Assembly: GCF_014280195.1 (NCBI RefSeq)
Contig: NZ_CP047960.1
Coordinates: 960,001 to 992,000 of the forward strand
Length of the DNA stretch: 32,000 nucleotides
Direction: 5' to 3'
Source: Synechococcus sp. A15-24
GTDB taxonomy: Bacteria; Cyanobacteriota; Cyanobacteriia; PCC-6307; Cyanobiaceae
Part shown: one piece after another, positions 15,994-24,379 of the stretch
Layout of the letters: every line of letters begins with the position of its first letter
Position numbering within the stretch: the first letter of the stretch is position 1
Translations under genes and position numbers: made by a program
Notes under the pieces: generated by a model
What the model was told of the DNA's origin: nothing
Database searches by the model: none
The model's input: the letters and a program-made list of their open reading frames with translations, nothing else

Positions 15994-17037
15994 CTAAACG
16001 GTTTCAGTCAGTGCTCCAGTTGCCAGCAGATGATCTGATGCCTGCTCAATGCTGAGTCCACTGATGTCCACGCTTCGGCGCTGTGGTGACCGTTCGAGTT
16101 CGTGGTCGTAGCACCGGTCGTAGTAGGCCAGGGTGGCTCTGCAGGCCGTGGCCCAATCCCCTTCAGCGATGGCCTTCAGGGCCTGGGTCGTCCGCTGAGG
16201 ACCCAGACGCCGGCTGATGCGCTGGGTTGCCTCGGCCAGTACATCCATGCCCTGGTGGCCGTACACCCCCACCAATTGGTTCACCCGTTCGCTCAGGCTG
16301 CGTTGAATCTCGAGAACAGGAGCTTTCTGCATCTGATCGAACAGGGCCTTTGGGATTCGGCAGCGTCCCACCTGAATGCTCTCGGCTTCCAGCCAGATGG
16401 CTTCAGCCCTGGCCAGTCGATGCTGATCAAGGCATTCCGCCAGGTGGTTCTCGTAGTGCTCTGTGGAGGGTTGTGGCGGCAGACCCAGTCCTCCGAAACT
16501 GCTACCTCTGTGATGGGCCAGCCCCTCAAGATCCACGATCGCGATTCCGCGTTGCTGCAGGGCCAAGAGGAGATCCGTTTTGCCGGTTCCGGTGCGGCCT
16601 CCCATCAACCGCAGCGGCCATGGCCGCTCGAATTGCACCTGAGCCCAGCGGCGATAGGCCTTGTAACCGCCGATCAGAAGCGTTGGCGTCAGATCAATCT
16701 GACTAGCCAACCAAGCCATGCTGGCGGAGCGCATGCCACCTCTCCAGCAGTAAAGCCTCGGAGTCCCAAGGTCCCTCAGACGTTCCAGCTCTCCAGCCAG
16801 CGCCGAAAGTTTTGGACCTGTGATCGATAGTCCGAGATGGATGGCAGGCAACCGTCCCTGCTGCTTGTAACTGGTGCCGACCTCGGCCCGTTCTGCATCG
16901 CTGAACAGCGGAAGATTGATGGCTCCAGGCCAGTGCCCCTTGTCGAACTCCGATGGGCTGCGCACATCCACCAGCGGACCGCGCTGTTGCCGCAGCTGAT
17001 CGATCGTGAGGTGCCGGGCGTCTCTCATGCCTGACAT
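15994..17037 (-). CDS. selU: tRNA 2-selenouridine synthase (SelU/MnmH)
   Basis: N-terminal rhodanese domain with active-site loop [11 protein letters not shown]-loop is [12 protein letters not shown]. The overall layout matches YbbB/SelU. Confidence 0.9.
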   Translation of the reverse strand: MSGMRDARHLTIDQLRQQRGPLVDVRSPSEFDKGHWPGAINLPLFSDAERAEVGTSYKQQGRLPAIHLGLSITGPKLSALAGELERLRDLGTPRLYCWRGGMRSASMAWLASQIDLTPTLLIGGYKAYRRWAQVQFERPWPLRLMGGRTGTGKTDLLLALQQRGIAIVDLEGLAHHRGSSFGGLGLPPQPSTEHYENHLAECLDQHRLARAEAIWLEAESIQVGRCRIPKALFDQMQKAPVLEIQRSLSERVNQLVGVYGHQGMDVLAEATQRISRRLGPQRTTQALKAIAEGDWATACRATLAYYDRCYDHELERSPQRRSVDISGLSIEQASDHLLATGALTETV

Positions 17038-17077
17038 AGTGGGCCAACGCCGCGCCAGTCAGGGCCGGTTGCTACTC

Positions 17078-17812
17078 ATGCTCTCCGGTTCAACACCCAC
17101 CACGACGTCAACGCCTGAACAGCTGATCGACCGGCTGGCGAATGGGAGTCCCCGCCAGCGTCGTTCCCTGATCAAGTCCCTGGAATCAAGGTCGGCCGAC
17201 CTGGTCAGCCTTGGCTCAGATGTCCTTGCCCCGTTTGATCGGAAGGGTGCCGACTGGGCTCCGGGCTGGATCCTTCAAGTGATCAGGCGGCATCAGCCTG
17301 ACCACCTTGCTGAACTGTTGTCGTCCACGCCTGAAGGATGGCTGAGCGTGGCATCTGCGTTTGGTTTCGACTACAGCCCGTTGCAGCAAGCCCTGCTTGG
17401 TGAGGACTTCGAAACAGCCGATCGGACCACCAGTTCCGTCTTGCGTCAGCTGGCTGGTCCTGCGGCGGAAGCGAGAGGTTATGTCTATTTCAGTGAGGTT
17501 CCAGCCATGGCCGGGCTCGATCTGGTGAGCCTGGATCGGTTGTGGACGGTGTATTCACAGGGGCGCTTCGGTTTTTCCATGCAGGCCAGATTGTTGGCGG
17601 GATTGGACGGGCGTTATGACCGGCTCTGGCCTCGGATCGGTTGGAAACTGGACGGTACCTGGACCCGCTATCCAGGGTCCTTCACCTGGACGATTGAGGC
17701 ACCTGAAGGGCACATGCCCCTGATCAACCAACTGCGGGGGGTTCGCCTCATGGATGCGTTGCTCAATCATCCCGATCTCGTGACGCATCGAGGCTCAACG
17801 GGCCTGTCCTGA
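17078..17812 (+). CDS. GUN4-domain protein
   Basis: From ATG 17078. The C-terminal half carries the GUN4 signature: FETADRTTSSVLRQLAG..A..RGYVYFSEVP...DLVSLDRLWTVYSQGRFGFSMQ...GW.....W.RYPGSFTW...APEGHMPLINQLRGV. Confidence 0.8.
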   Translation: MLSGSTPTTTSTPEQLIDRLANGSPRQRRSLIKSLESRSADLVSLGSDVLAPFDRKGADWAPGWILQVIRRHQPDHLAELLSSTPEGWLSVASAFGFDYSPLQQALLGEDFETADRTTSSVLRQLAGPAAEARGYVYFSEVPAMAGLDLVSLDRLWTVYSQGRFGFSMQARLLAGLDGRYDRLWPRIGWKLDGTWTRYPGSFTWTIEAPEGHMPLINQLRGVRLMDALLNHPDLVTHRGSTGLS

Positions 17813-17891
17813 TCGCTGAGAACCGGTAAGTTCAGAACAGAGCTGAAGCCGCCTGGTCTTGATCCTGCAGCAGGCTTCCTCCAGTGCATCC

Positions 17892-18344
17892 ATGGGTTCT
17901 GCGGCAAAGTCCCAGCGACAGTTTCGCTGGGCTGATTTTGTTTTGCCTTCTACCTTGCAGTTGTCTCCATTGTTGGAGCTGCTGATCGAGCCCGTGGGTT
18001 GTTTGATGACCTGCCAGCGGGTCGAACTGGGGCTGCATGAGGCGCTGGTGAATGCTGTGCGCCACGGCAATGAGGAGGATCCAGGCAAACGGCTGCGGGT
18101 GCGGCGCATCACAACGCCGAACTGGTTGGTGTGGCAAGTGCAGGATGAGGGCAGCGGCTTACCGCCGAATGCCCGTGCTGCCACGCTGCCTGAGCAACCT
18201 GAAGCCCTCAGTGGACGGGGCCTCTTCCTGATCCACCAGTGTTTCGATGACGTGCGCTGGAGCCGTCGGGGCAATCGTCTGCAACTTGCCTGTCGGCGGC
18301 CGCTCAATGATGCGGACAGCCCGGATCTTTCAGCTCTCCACTGA
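17892..18344 (+). CDS. RsbW/SpoIIAB-like anti-sigma factor serine kinase (GHKL ATPase)
   Basis: N-box is GLHEALVNAVRHGN, G1 is QVQDEGSGL and G2 is GRGLFLIHQCFDDVRW. ATG at 17892; the track start is TTG. Confidence 0.75.
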   Translation: MGSAAKSQRQFRWADFVLPSTLQLSPLLELLIEPVGCLMTCQRVELGLHEALVNAVRHGNEEDPGKRLRVRRITTPNWLVWQVQDEGSGLPPNARAATLPEQPEALSGRGLFLIHQCFDDVRWSRRGNRLQLACRRPLNDADSPDLSALH

Positions 18345-18558
18345 TCCAGCCCAGGGCTTGCTCCGTCAGTGCCTTGACGTCGTCTCGCTCACCTTCACTG
18401 AGCAGTTTCACCAATGCAGCGCTGAGCAGTTCAGCGCCCCGTCGATCCCAGCGGCTCTTCAGGCGATGCCAGCTGCGATCGTCAATGCTGAGCATGGCGT
18501 GCAGGTTGCGGCTACTGGTCAGGGCCTGATCGGGCCAATCCGATTGGTGTCGGTCCAT
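18304..18558 (-). CDS. Hypothetical 84-aa protein ending ...DPGCPHH
   Basis: ATG 18558 gives MDRHQSDWPDQALTSSRNLHAMLSIDDRSWHRLKSRWDRRGAELLSAALVKLLSEGERDDVKALTEQALGWISGELKDPGCPHH. Converges on the kinase gene and overlaps it by 41 nt. Confidence 0.5.
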   Translation of the reverse strand: MDRHQSDWPDQALTSSRNLHAMLSIDDRSWHRLKSRWDRRGAELLSAALVKLLSEGERDDVKALTEQALGWISGELKDPGCPHH

Positions 18559-18890
18559 GGGACTACCGCATTGTCTGTCTAGTTTCGTGGAAGCCGACAT
18601 CCCTTGGATGGCACAGCAACCACGACCCCTGGGCTGGCTCCATGCCAGCAGCCAGTTGTTGCAAGTGGGACGTGTGCAGTCTCTGGCGGTGAAAAGTGCC
18701 GGAGGTGTTGCCGCAAGGCGCGGTCAACAGCGTCTGGAGATGGGACACCGATTGCTCGCGTTGAAGATCGACGGATGGACGATGACCCCTGAATCTGGTC
18801 TGAGGTTCTGGCGGGGACTGCGCTGGGGAGGAACAGGGTTCGGTCTTGCCTGGCTACTGAACCGCTGATTGCCGTGATGCTGCTGAATAT

Positions 18891-19214
18891 TCAGGCCGCA
18901 ACCTTAGAAGAATCCTGGCCAACGACCACGAGAGAAACCAAGGTCTCGCTGGAGCTGGTTTGAGGTGAGGACGTCGATCGATCCGTGGGTTGCTGGAGTT
19001 CCTGACCACGCAGCCAAGCGTGATGGAGAGCCCGACGACGACGATCTTCGGAGAGAACCAAGCGATCGGCAGCGCTTTGGGGACTTTCCCCAGGAAGCAC
19101 GGCTGTGCGCAGCCGAATCCCAAAACCATTGGCTTCGACTTGAACATGACCTTCCATCAGAACAACTTGGAAGGTCCAGCCCTGGAGCCAGCGGAGTCGG
19201 AAGGGATTGGTCAT
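18891..19214 (-). CDS. Hypothetical ORF (107 aa)
   Basis: ATG 19214 is preceded by GAAGGGGA. Starts MTNPFRLRWLQGWTFQVVLMEGHVQVEANGFGIRLRTAVLPGE... and has a Ser/Thr-rich tail. No domain recognised. Confidence 0.35.
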   Translation of the reverse strand: MTNPFRLRWLQGWTFQVVLMEGHVQVEANGFGIRLRTAVLPGESPQSAADRLVLSEDRRRRALHHAWLRGQELQQPTDRSTSSPQTSSSETLVSLVVVGQDSSKVAA

Positions 19215-19289
19215 GGGTGTCCCCTTCGGCAACTAGTACACCCTATGGCCCTGGCGCCGTCATGCAAGGGAGGGTGTCAGCGAATGCAT

Positions 19290-20363
19290 TCAGGTGGATG
19301 GCTGAGCGGGTTTTCTGGAACTCCAGACCCGTGTCATGAAGTGGGTTTCAGCGGTCACGGCCTCGAAACCGGCCTTGGTCAGACGAGCATCAATGTCGTC
19401 CGCGATGTAGTCGCGGTAGTACGGCTCATGGAAAACGCGGCGGAAATTGTCCATCGCCACGTGGAATTGCGGTGAATCAGCCAGCTGAACGGAATCAGCA
19501 AGAACGAAAACACCACCGGGTTCGAGCACCCGCCAGGCTTCGTTGATCACGTTCTGGCGGGCCTCAGCAGGCAGCTCGTGCAGGAGGTAGACACAGGTGG
19601 CTCCCTGCAGCCCTTCATCAGCGAAGGGAAGTGTTTCCCCATTGGCACGAATCAGCTGCACCAAGGGAGATTGCCCATTGTTGAGCCAGCGGTTCGCCTG
19701 GCGAAGGTAGGCCTCAGAAAGGTCGGCCCCGATGAGTTCGGCATGGGGAAGGGCACCACGGATCTGGTGGAGGGTTCGACCCGTTCCGGTGGCTATGTCG
19801 AGCACCCGCAGAGACGACGGACTGCGATCGGAAAAATGCTTGAGGCCCCTTTTCAACGGTGCCAGCACCCGGCGCCGCATCGCATCAGCGGTTCCATTGA
19901 ACAGAATTTCGACCTGGAGGTCGTAAAGACCTGCGGAGTGGTCGCTGAGATATCCATCTGTTTGATGATGGAAATTCTGCAGGTAGTAGTCGGGAAACAG
20001 GCTGCGATCGGTGTTCTTGGGGAGATCGCAAATGTTGCGTTCCTTACGGCGATTCCAGGTGGACGGCAGGTCAAGCCAGACAAGGGGATAGCGGCTGGCC
20101 CAGTCCAGCCAGGGAGCATCAAACAACTGGGATTCTGGATAGGTGCCCTGCTGCGCTTCATCCCAGTCGCGATCCTCCAGCTGAGCCATGGAGCTGCGCA
20201 GGTCCTTCAGCAGATCAGGGGGAACGCTCTCGGTGCTGGGAACGGCGTCGGGGGCCAGCAGCTCCATCAGCTTGGTGCTCAGCTCCTTGTGGGCCAGACC
20301 TGCGATTCCCTTGCCCTGTTGCAGGGTCTTGTAGGCCAGCTTGCTGAAGGGCGTGGTCGCCAT
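19290..20363 (-). CDS. Class I SAM-dependent methyltransferase (plastoglobule-type MT homolog)
   Basis: Motif I is VLDIATGTGRTL. The conserved upstream block is YLQNFHHQTDGYLSDHSAGLYDLQVEILFNGTADAMRR. Also has the post-I/II blocks YLLHELP...EAWRVLEPGGVFVLADS. Confidence 0.85.
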   Translation of the reverse strand: MATTPFSKLAYKTLQQGKGIAGLAHKELSTKLMELLAPDAVPSTESVPPDLLKDLRSSMAQLEDRDWDEAQQGTYPESQLFDAPWLDWASRYPLVWLDLPSTWNRRKERNICDLPKNTDRSLFPDYYLQNFHHQTDGYLSDHSAGLYDLQVEILFNGTADAMRRRVLAPLKRGLKHFSDRSPSSLRVLDIATGTGRTLHQIRGALPHAELIGADLSEAYLRQANRWLNNGQSPLVQLIRANGETLPFADEGLQGATCVYLLHELPAEARQNVINEAWRVLEPGGVFVLADSVQLADSPQFHVAMDNFRRVFHEPYYRDYIADDIDARLTKAGFEAVTAETHFMTRVWSSRKPAQPST

Positions 20364-20428
20364 TCCATCGATGCACTAAGCAGTTATTCCAGCGAATGTG
20401 TCGCGAAACCGCGTCACCCTTGATCCAC

Positions 20429-20455
20429 AAAAAAACCCGCCTCCGTGGAGGCGGG
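20429..20455 (-). terminator. Rho-independent terminator of glnA
   Basis: On the minus strand it reads CCCGCCTC-cacg-GAGGCGGG followed by TTTTTTT, beginning 23 nt after the glnA stop. Confidence 0.75.
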
Positions 20456-20478
20456 CCGATCAACACCCAATTTTTGGA

Positions 20479-21900
20479 TCAGGCGTCGTAGTACATCGCG
20501 AACTCGTGGGGATGAGGGCGCTGACGCAGTTGCTGGACTTCTTCGTATTTGAGATCGATCCAGTTGTCGATGAAATCGTCGCTGAAGACGCCGCCAGCAG
20601 TGAGGAAGCCACGATCGGCATTGAGAGCTTCCAGGGCACCATTCAGGGATGGGGGCACCGTGGCGATCTTGGCCAGCTCTTCAGCAGGCAGTTCAAACAG
20701 ATCACGGTCTTCACCATCGCCGGGATCGATCTGGTTTTTGATGCCATCTAGGCCCGCCATCACCATGGCGCTGAAGGCCAGATAAGGATTGGCCAGGGCA
20801 TCACCGGAACGGAATTCGAGGCGCTTGGCCTTGGGGCTGGGGCCGGTGAGAGGGATACGAACCGCAGCTGAGCGGTTGCCTTCGGAGTACACGAGGTTCA
20901 CCGGTGCTTCAAAACCAGGCACCAGGCGCTTGTAGCTGTTGGTGGTGGGGTTGGTGAAGGCCAGGAATGCCGGAGCATGCTTCAGGATTCCACCGATGTA
21001 CCAACGCGCGGTCTGCGACAGATTGGCGTAAGTGCCTTCACCGAAGAACAGCGGCTGGCCACCCTTCCACAGGCTCTGGTGTACGTGCATGCCGGAGCCG
21101 TTGTCGTTGAAGACCGGCTTGGGCATGAAGGTGGCTGTCTTGCCGTACTTCTTCGCCACGTTGCGCACGACGTACTTGTACGTCATGACGTTGTCCGCGG
21201 CCTGGATCAGTTCGGCGAATTTCATGCCGAGCTCGTGCTGTCCGGCACCGGCCACCTCGTGGTGGTGTTTTTCGGTGGGGATCCCCAGCTGGCCCATCAA
21301 CAGGAGCATCTCTGAGCGGATGTCCTGAGCGGTGTCGTTGGGGGCGACGGGGAAATACCCCTCTTTCAGCTGAATTTTGTAGGCCAGGTTTCCACCCTCT
21401 TCCAGGCGCCCGGTGTTCCAGGGAGCTTCGATGGTGTCAACGCTGTAGAACGCCCCGCCTTCGCTGGAGTTGTAGCGAACGTCGTCGAAGAGAAAGAACT
21501 CGGGCTCTGGCCCGAAGAAGGCCGTGTCGGCCAGGCCGGTGGAGCTCAGGTGGTTCAGAGCTCGTTGGGCCAGGGCACGGGGACAGCGGTCGTAGGCCTC
21601 ACCACTGCGCGGCTCCTTAATGGAGCAGATCATGCTCAGGGTTTTGTGGCGGTAGAACGGATCGATCCAGGCGGTGCTGGCATCGGGAACCATTGCCATG
21701 TCGGAGGCGTTGATCGATTTCCAGCCGCGGATGGAGGAACCGTCAAAAGCCAGTCCTTCGGTAAAGGAGTCCTCCTCCAGCAGATCGGTGCACACCGTCA
21801 GGTGTTGCCACTTGCCATGGAGATCGGTGAACTTCAGGTCGATCAGCTCAATGCCTTCGTCCTTGATCTGTCGAAGGACGTCCTGAGGGGTTTTGGCCAT
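20479..21900 (-). CDS. glnA: Glutamine synthetase type I
   Basis: Full-length GSI: [33 protein letters not shown]..., [31 protein letters not shown]. Confidence 0.97.
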   Translation of the reverse strand: MAKTPQDVLRQIKDEGIELIDLKFTDLHGKWQHLTVCTDLLEEDSFTEGLAFDGSSIRGWKSINASDMAMVPDASTAWIDPFYRHKTLSMICSIKEPRSGEAYDRCPRALAQRALNHLSSTGLADTAFFGPEPEFFLFDDVRYNSSEGGAFYSVDTIEAPWNTGRLEEGGNLAYKIQLKEGYFPVAPNDTAQDIRSEMLLLMGQLGIPTEKHHHEVAGAGQHELGMKFAELIQAADNVMTYKYVVRNVAKKYGKTATFMPKPVFNDNGSGMHVHQSLWKGGQPLFFGEGTYANLSQTARWYIGGILKHAPAFLAFTNPTTNSYKRLVPGFEAPVNLVYSEGNRSAAVRIPLTGPSPKAKRLEFRSGDALANPYLAFSAMVMAGLDGIKNQIDPGDGEDRDLFELPAEELAKIATVPPSLNGALEALNADRGFLTAGGVFSDDFIDNWIDLKYEEVQQLRQRPHPHEFAMYYDA

Positions 21901-21932
21901 GGAGCTTGAACCGAAAAGGAGTGATAAAGACG

Positions 21933-21974
21933 ACCGTAAGGAGCCGTTATGCCCTGTTTTGTATCAATGCGCAC
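21933..21974 (-). promoter_or_regulatory. NtcA-type activated promoter for glnA
   Basis: The minus strand reads GTG-cgcattga-TAC (21974..21961), then exactly 22 nt, then TACGGT (TAN3T, 21938..21933). This is 33 nt upstream of the ATG. One mismatch to GTA-N8-TAC. Confidence 0.5.
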
Positions 21975-22121
21975 ATTTTTTAATGTGCTTTCGTTCGTTC
22001 AGGCACGTGTTGTCACTCTCGTAACCGTTTCTGTCAACTTCCCTGAATCACAGGCCTGAAGCGGGTTCTCAGCCTTGAAGCAGTGTTACCTTCAGCCAGG
22101 ATTGTCTGGAGACTCCAGAGC

Positions 22122-22646
22122 ATGCGCGACGCCATCGGTGGACTGATCGGCCGTTACGACCAACTGGGACGGTATCTGGACCGCTCGGCGATCGACAGCA
22201 TCGAAACGTACCTCGATGAATCGTCCCTGCGGATTCAGGCCGTGGAGCTGATCAACCGGGAAGCGGCTGAAATCGTGCGCGAGGCGAGTCAGCGGTTGTT
22301 CCGTGATGAGCCGGAACTCCTCCTCCCGGGTGGGAATGCTTACACCACCCGACGCCTTGCGGCCTGCCTGCGGGATATGGACTATTTCCTTCGTTATGCC
22401 AGTTACGCACTGGTTGCGGCAGACAGCACAATTTTGAACGAAAGGGTGCTCAACGGTCTGGACGACACTTACAAAAGTTTGGGCGTGCCCACAGGGCCAA
22501 CGGTTCGCAGCATCGTCCTTTTGGGTGAGGTGATCGTTGAGCGCCTTCAGGCCGCAGGGGTTGAGTCAGCTCGTCTGGCGGTTGTTGCTGCACCGTTTGA
22601 TCACATGGCCCGTGGTCTTGCTGAAACGAATGTTCGGCAGCGCTGA
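22122..22646 (+). CDS. Allophycocyanin-like phycobiliprotein paralog (Apl-type)
   Basis: From ATG 22122. Aligns by eye with ApcA: PGGNAYTTRRLAACLRDMDYFLRYASYAL...YKSLGVP. The chromophore Cys of the C-x-R-D motif is retained. Confidence 0.8.
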   Translation: MRDAIGGLIGRYDQLGRYLDRSAIDSIETYLDESSLRIQAVELINREAAEIVREASQRLFRDEPELLLPGGNAYTTRRLAACLRDMDYFLRYASYALVAADSTILNERVLNGLDDTYKSLGVPTGPTVRSIVLLGEVIVERLQAAGVESARLAVVAAPFDHMARGLAETNVRQR

Positions 22647-22726
22647 GCACGGCGTGCTTTATCCGTTGCAATCGGCCTGAAAAGGCTCCATAGCGGAGAC
22701 TCGACTGCGTAGGCTCCCACCATTGA

Positions 22727-23926
22727 TTGACCATCCAGGCCTTGGCGGTGACGAATTCCTTGCTCCCAGTCAAAGACGCGCACCGCCAAGCCTTCAACGC
22801 CATTAACACGCCCGATCGCCTGTTGCTGGGGCCCGGTCCCTCCAATGCCCATCCGACGGTTCTTGAGGCCCTCTCCCGAACACCGATCGGACACCTTGAT
22901 CCGCTTTACGTGGATTTGATGGGTGAAGTTCAGGAGTTGTTGCGTTACGCCTGGCAGACCGACAACCGACTGACCCTTCCGATGAGTGGCACCGGTAGTG
23001 CTGCCATGGAAGCCACCCTGGCTAACACCGTTGAACCCGGTGACACCGTGCTGGTGGCTGTCAAGGGATATTTCGGTTTGAGGCTCGCCGATATGGCGGG
23101 TCGCTATCGAGCCACGGTGAAAACCATTGAGAAGCCTTGGGGCGAGTGGTTCTCCCTCGATGAGCTGGAAGCAGCGCTGATTGATCACAAACCGGCGATC
23201 CTTGCCCTTGTGCACGCCGAAACGTCAACCGGCGTTTGCCAGCCCATGGACGGTGTTGGTGATCTTTGCCGCAAGCACGATTGCTTGCTTCTGCTGGATA
23301 CGGTGACTTCCCTTGGAGGCGTTCCTCTCTATATCGATGAGTGGAAGGTTGATCTGGCCTACAGCTGCAGTCAGAAAGGTCTCAGTTGCCCCCCCGGACT
23401 TGGACCCTTCACGATGGGCCCAAGGGCCGAGGAAAAAATGGCCTCTCGCAGCGGCAAAGTGCCGAACTGGTATCTCGATGTATCCCTACTGAATCAGTAC
23501 TGGGGCAGTGATCGTGTTTACCACCACACGGCGCCTGTGAACATGAATTTCGGCATGCGTGAGGCCCTGCGTCTGTTGGCAGAGGAAGGTTTGGACCAGG
23601 CCTGGGCGCGCCACCGTCGCAATGCTGAGCGTCTCTGGAGTGGTCTTGAGCGTCAGGGGCTTTCCATGCATGTTCCTGAGGAACGTCGACTCCCCACCCT
23701 CACCACTGTTCGGATTCCAGATGGTGTTGATGGCAAAGCTTTCAGTCAGCACCTGCTCAACACCCATGGCATTGAAGTCGGTGGTGGACTCGGCTCCCTG
23801 GCGGGCAAGATCTGGCGCATTGGTCTGATGGGATACAACTCCACCCCTGAGAACGTGGACCGGCTGCTCAACCTGTTTGAGACCGAGCTTCCCCGTTTCA
23901 GCGGTTCCGTCGCCGCCGCTGCCTGA
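22727..23926 (+). CDS. Class V aminotransferase (serine-pyruvate / alanine-glyoxylate aminotransferase type)
   Basis: Contains LLLGPGPSNAHPTVLEAL, GTGSAAMEA, HAETSTGV and SCSQKGL (PLP Lys). The start is non-ATG (TTG 22727, or GTG downstream), so the 5' end is uncertain. Confidence 0.9.
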   Translation: MTIQALAVTNSLLPVKDAHRQAFNAINTPDRLLLGPGPSNAHPTVLEALSRTPIGHLDPLYVDLMGEVQELLRYAWQTDNRLTLPMSGTGSAAMEATLANTVEPGDTVLVAVKGYFGLRLADMAGRYRATVKTIEKPWGEWFSLDELEAALIDHKPAILALVHAETSTGVCQPMDGVGDLCRKHDCLLLLDTVTSLGGVPLYIDEWKVDLAYSCSQKGLSCPPGLGPFTMGPRAEEKMASRSGKVPNWYLDVSLLNQYWGSDRVYHHTAPVNMNFGMREALRLLAEEGLDQAWARHRRNAERLWSGLERQGLSMHVPEERRLPTLTTVRIPDGVDGKAFSQHLLNTHGIEVGGGLGSLAGKIWRIGLMGYNSTPENVDRLLNLFETELPRFSGSVAAAA

Positions 23927-24371
23927 ACCAGATCTCCAGCTGTTCAGCCGCTCTTTCCTGCATCAGTGGTCCCACCACACGCATGTGGTGGTGAGCACTG
24001 GAGTCGTCCGCCAGGTTGATGCAGCCCCCAAACCCGCCGCGTTTCCTGTCGGTAGCTCCAAAGACCACGGTTCCCATCCGTGCCTGCACCAGAGCCCCAG
24101 CGCACATCGGACACGGCTCGAGGGTGACCAGAAGGGTGCAGGGATTGAAGCGCCAGTCACCACGGATGGTGGCGGCCTGACTCAGGGCCACCAATTCCGC
24201 ATGGCCGAGGGGGTCCTGGCAGCGCTCACGTCGGTTGCGTCCATGGCCGATGCACCGCCCTTGCTCGTCAAGGATGACGGCCGCAACTGGCACTTCGCCT
24301 CTGTCTCCATTGACGGAGGCTCGCGCCAGCAGCACCTCCATCCACTCTTTCCAGAGCTGTTGTTCCTCCAC
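23898..24371 (-). CDS. tadA: tRNA adenosine(34) deaminase TadA
   Basis: Contains GEVPVAAVIL, HAELVAL and the zinc motif TLEPCPMCAGAL. The start is GTG 24371, or ATG 24341. Confidence 0.9.
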   Translation of the reverse strand: MEEQQLWKEWMEVLLARASVNGDRGEVPVAAVILDEQGRCIGHGRNRRERCQDPLGHAELVALSQAATIRGDWRFNPCTLLVTLEPCPMCAGALVQARMGTVVFGATDRKRGGFGGCINLADDSSAHHHMRVVGPLMQERAAEQLEIWFRQRRRRNR

Positions 24372-24379
24372 CCCCTCCG

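Noticed and set aside
16102-16830. 242-aa plus-strand ORF
   Set aside because: It is antisense to selU and has no motifs.
18557-18868. 103-aa plus-strand ORF in the poorly explained 18.6-18.9 kb gap
   Set aside because: It has Gly/Arg/Trp-rich low-information sequence and its 5' part is antisense to the 18304..18558 gene. I cannot support it as a CDS. The region stays unexplained apart from a 12-bp palindrome CTGAATATTCAG at 18883-18894.
19233-19249. CTAGTACACCCTATGG, a LexA-box-like half site upstream of the 18891..19214 ORF
   Set aside because: Only the AGTAC half is present. The second half-site does not match.
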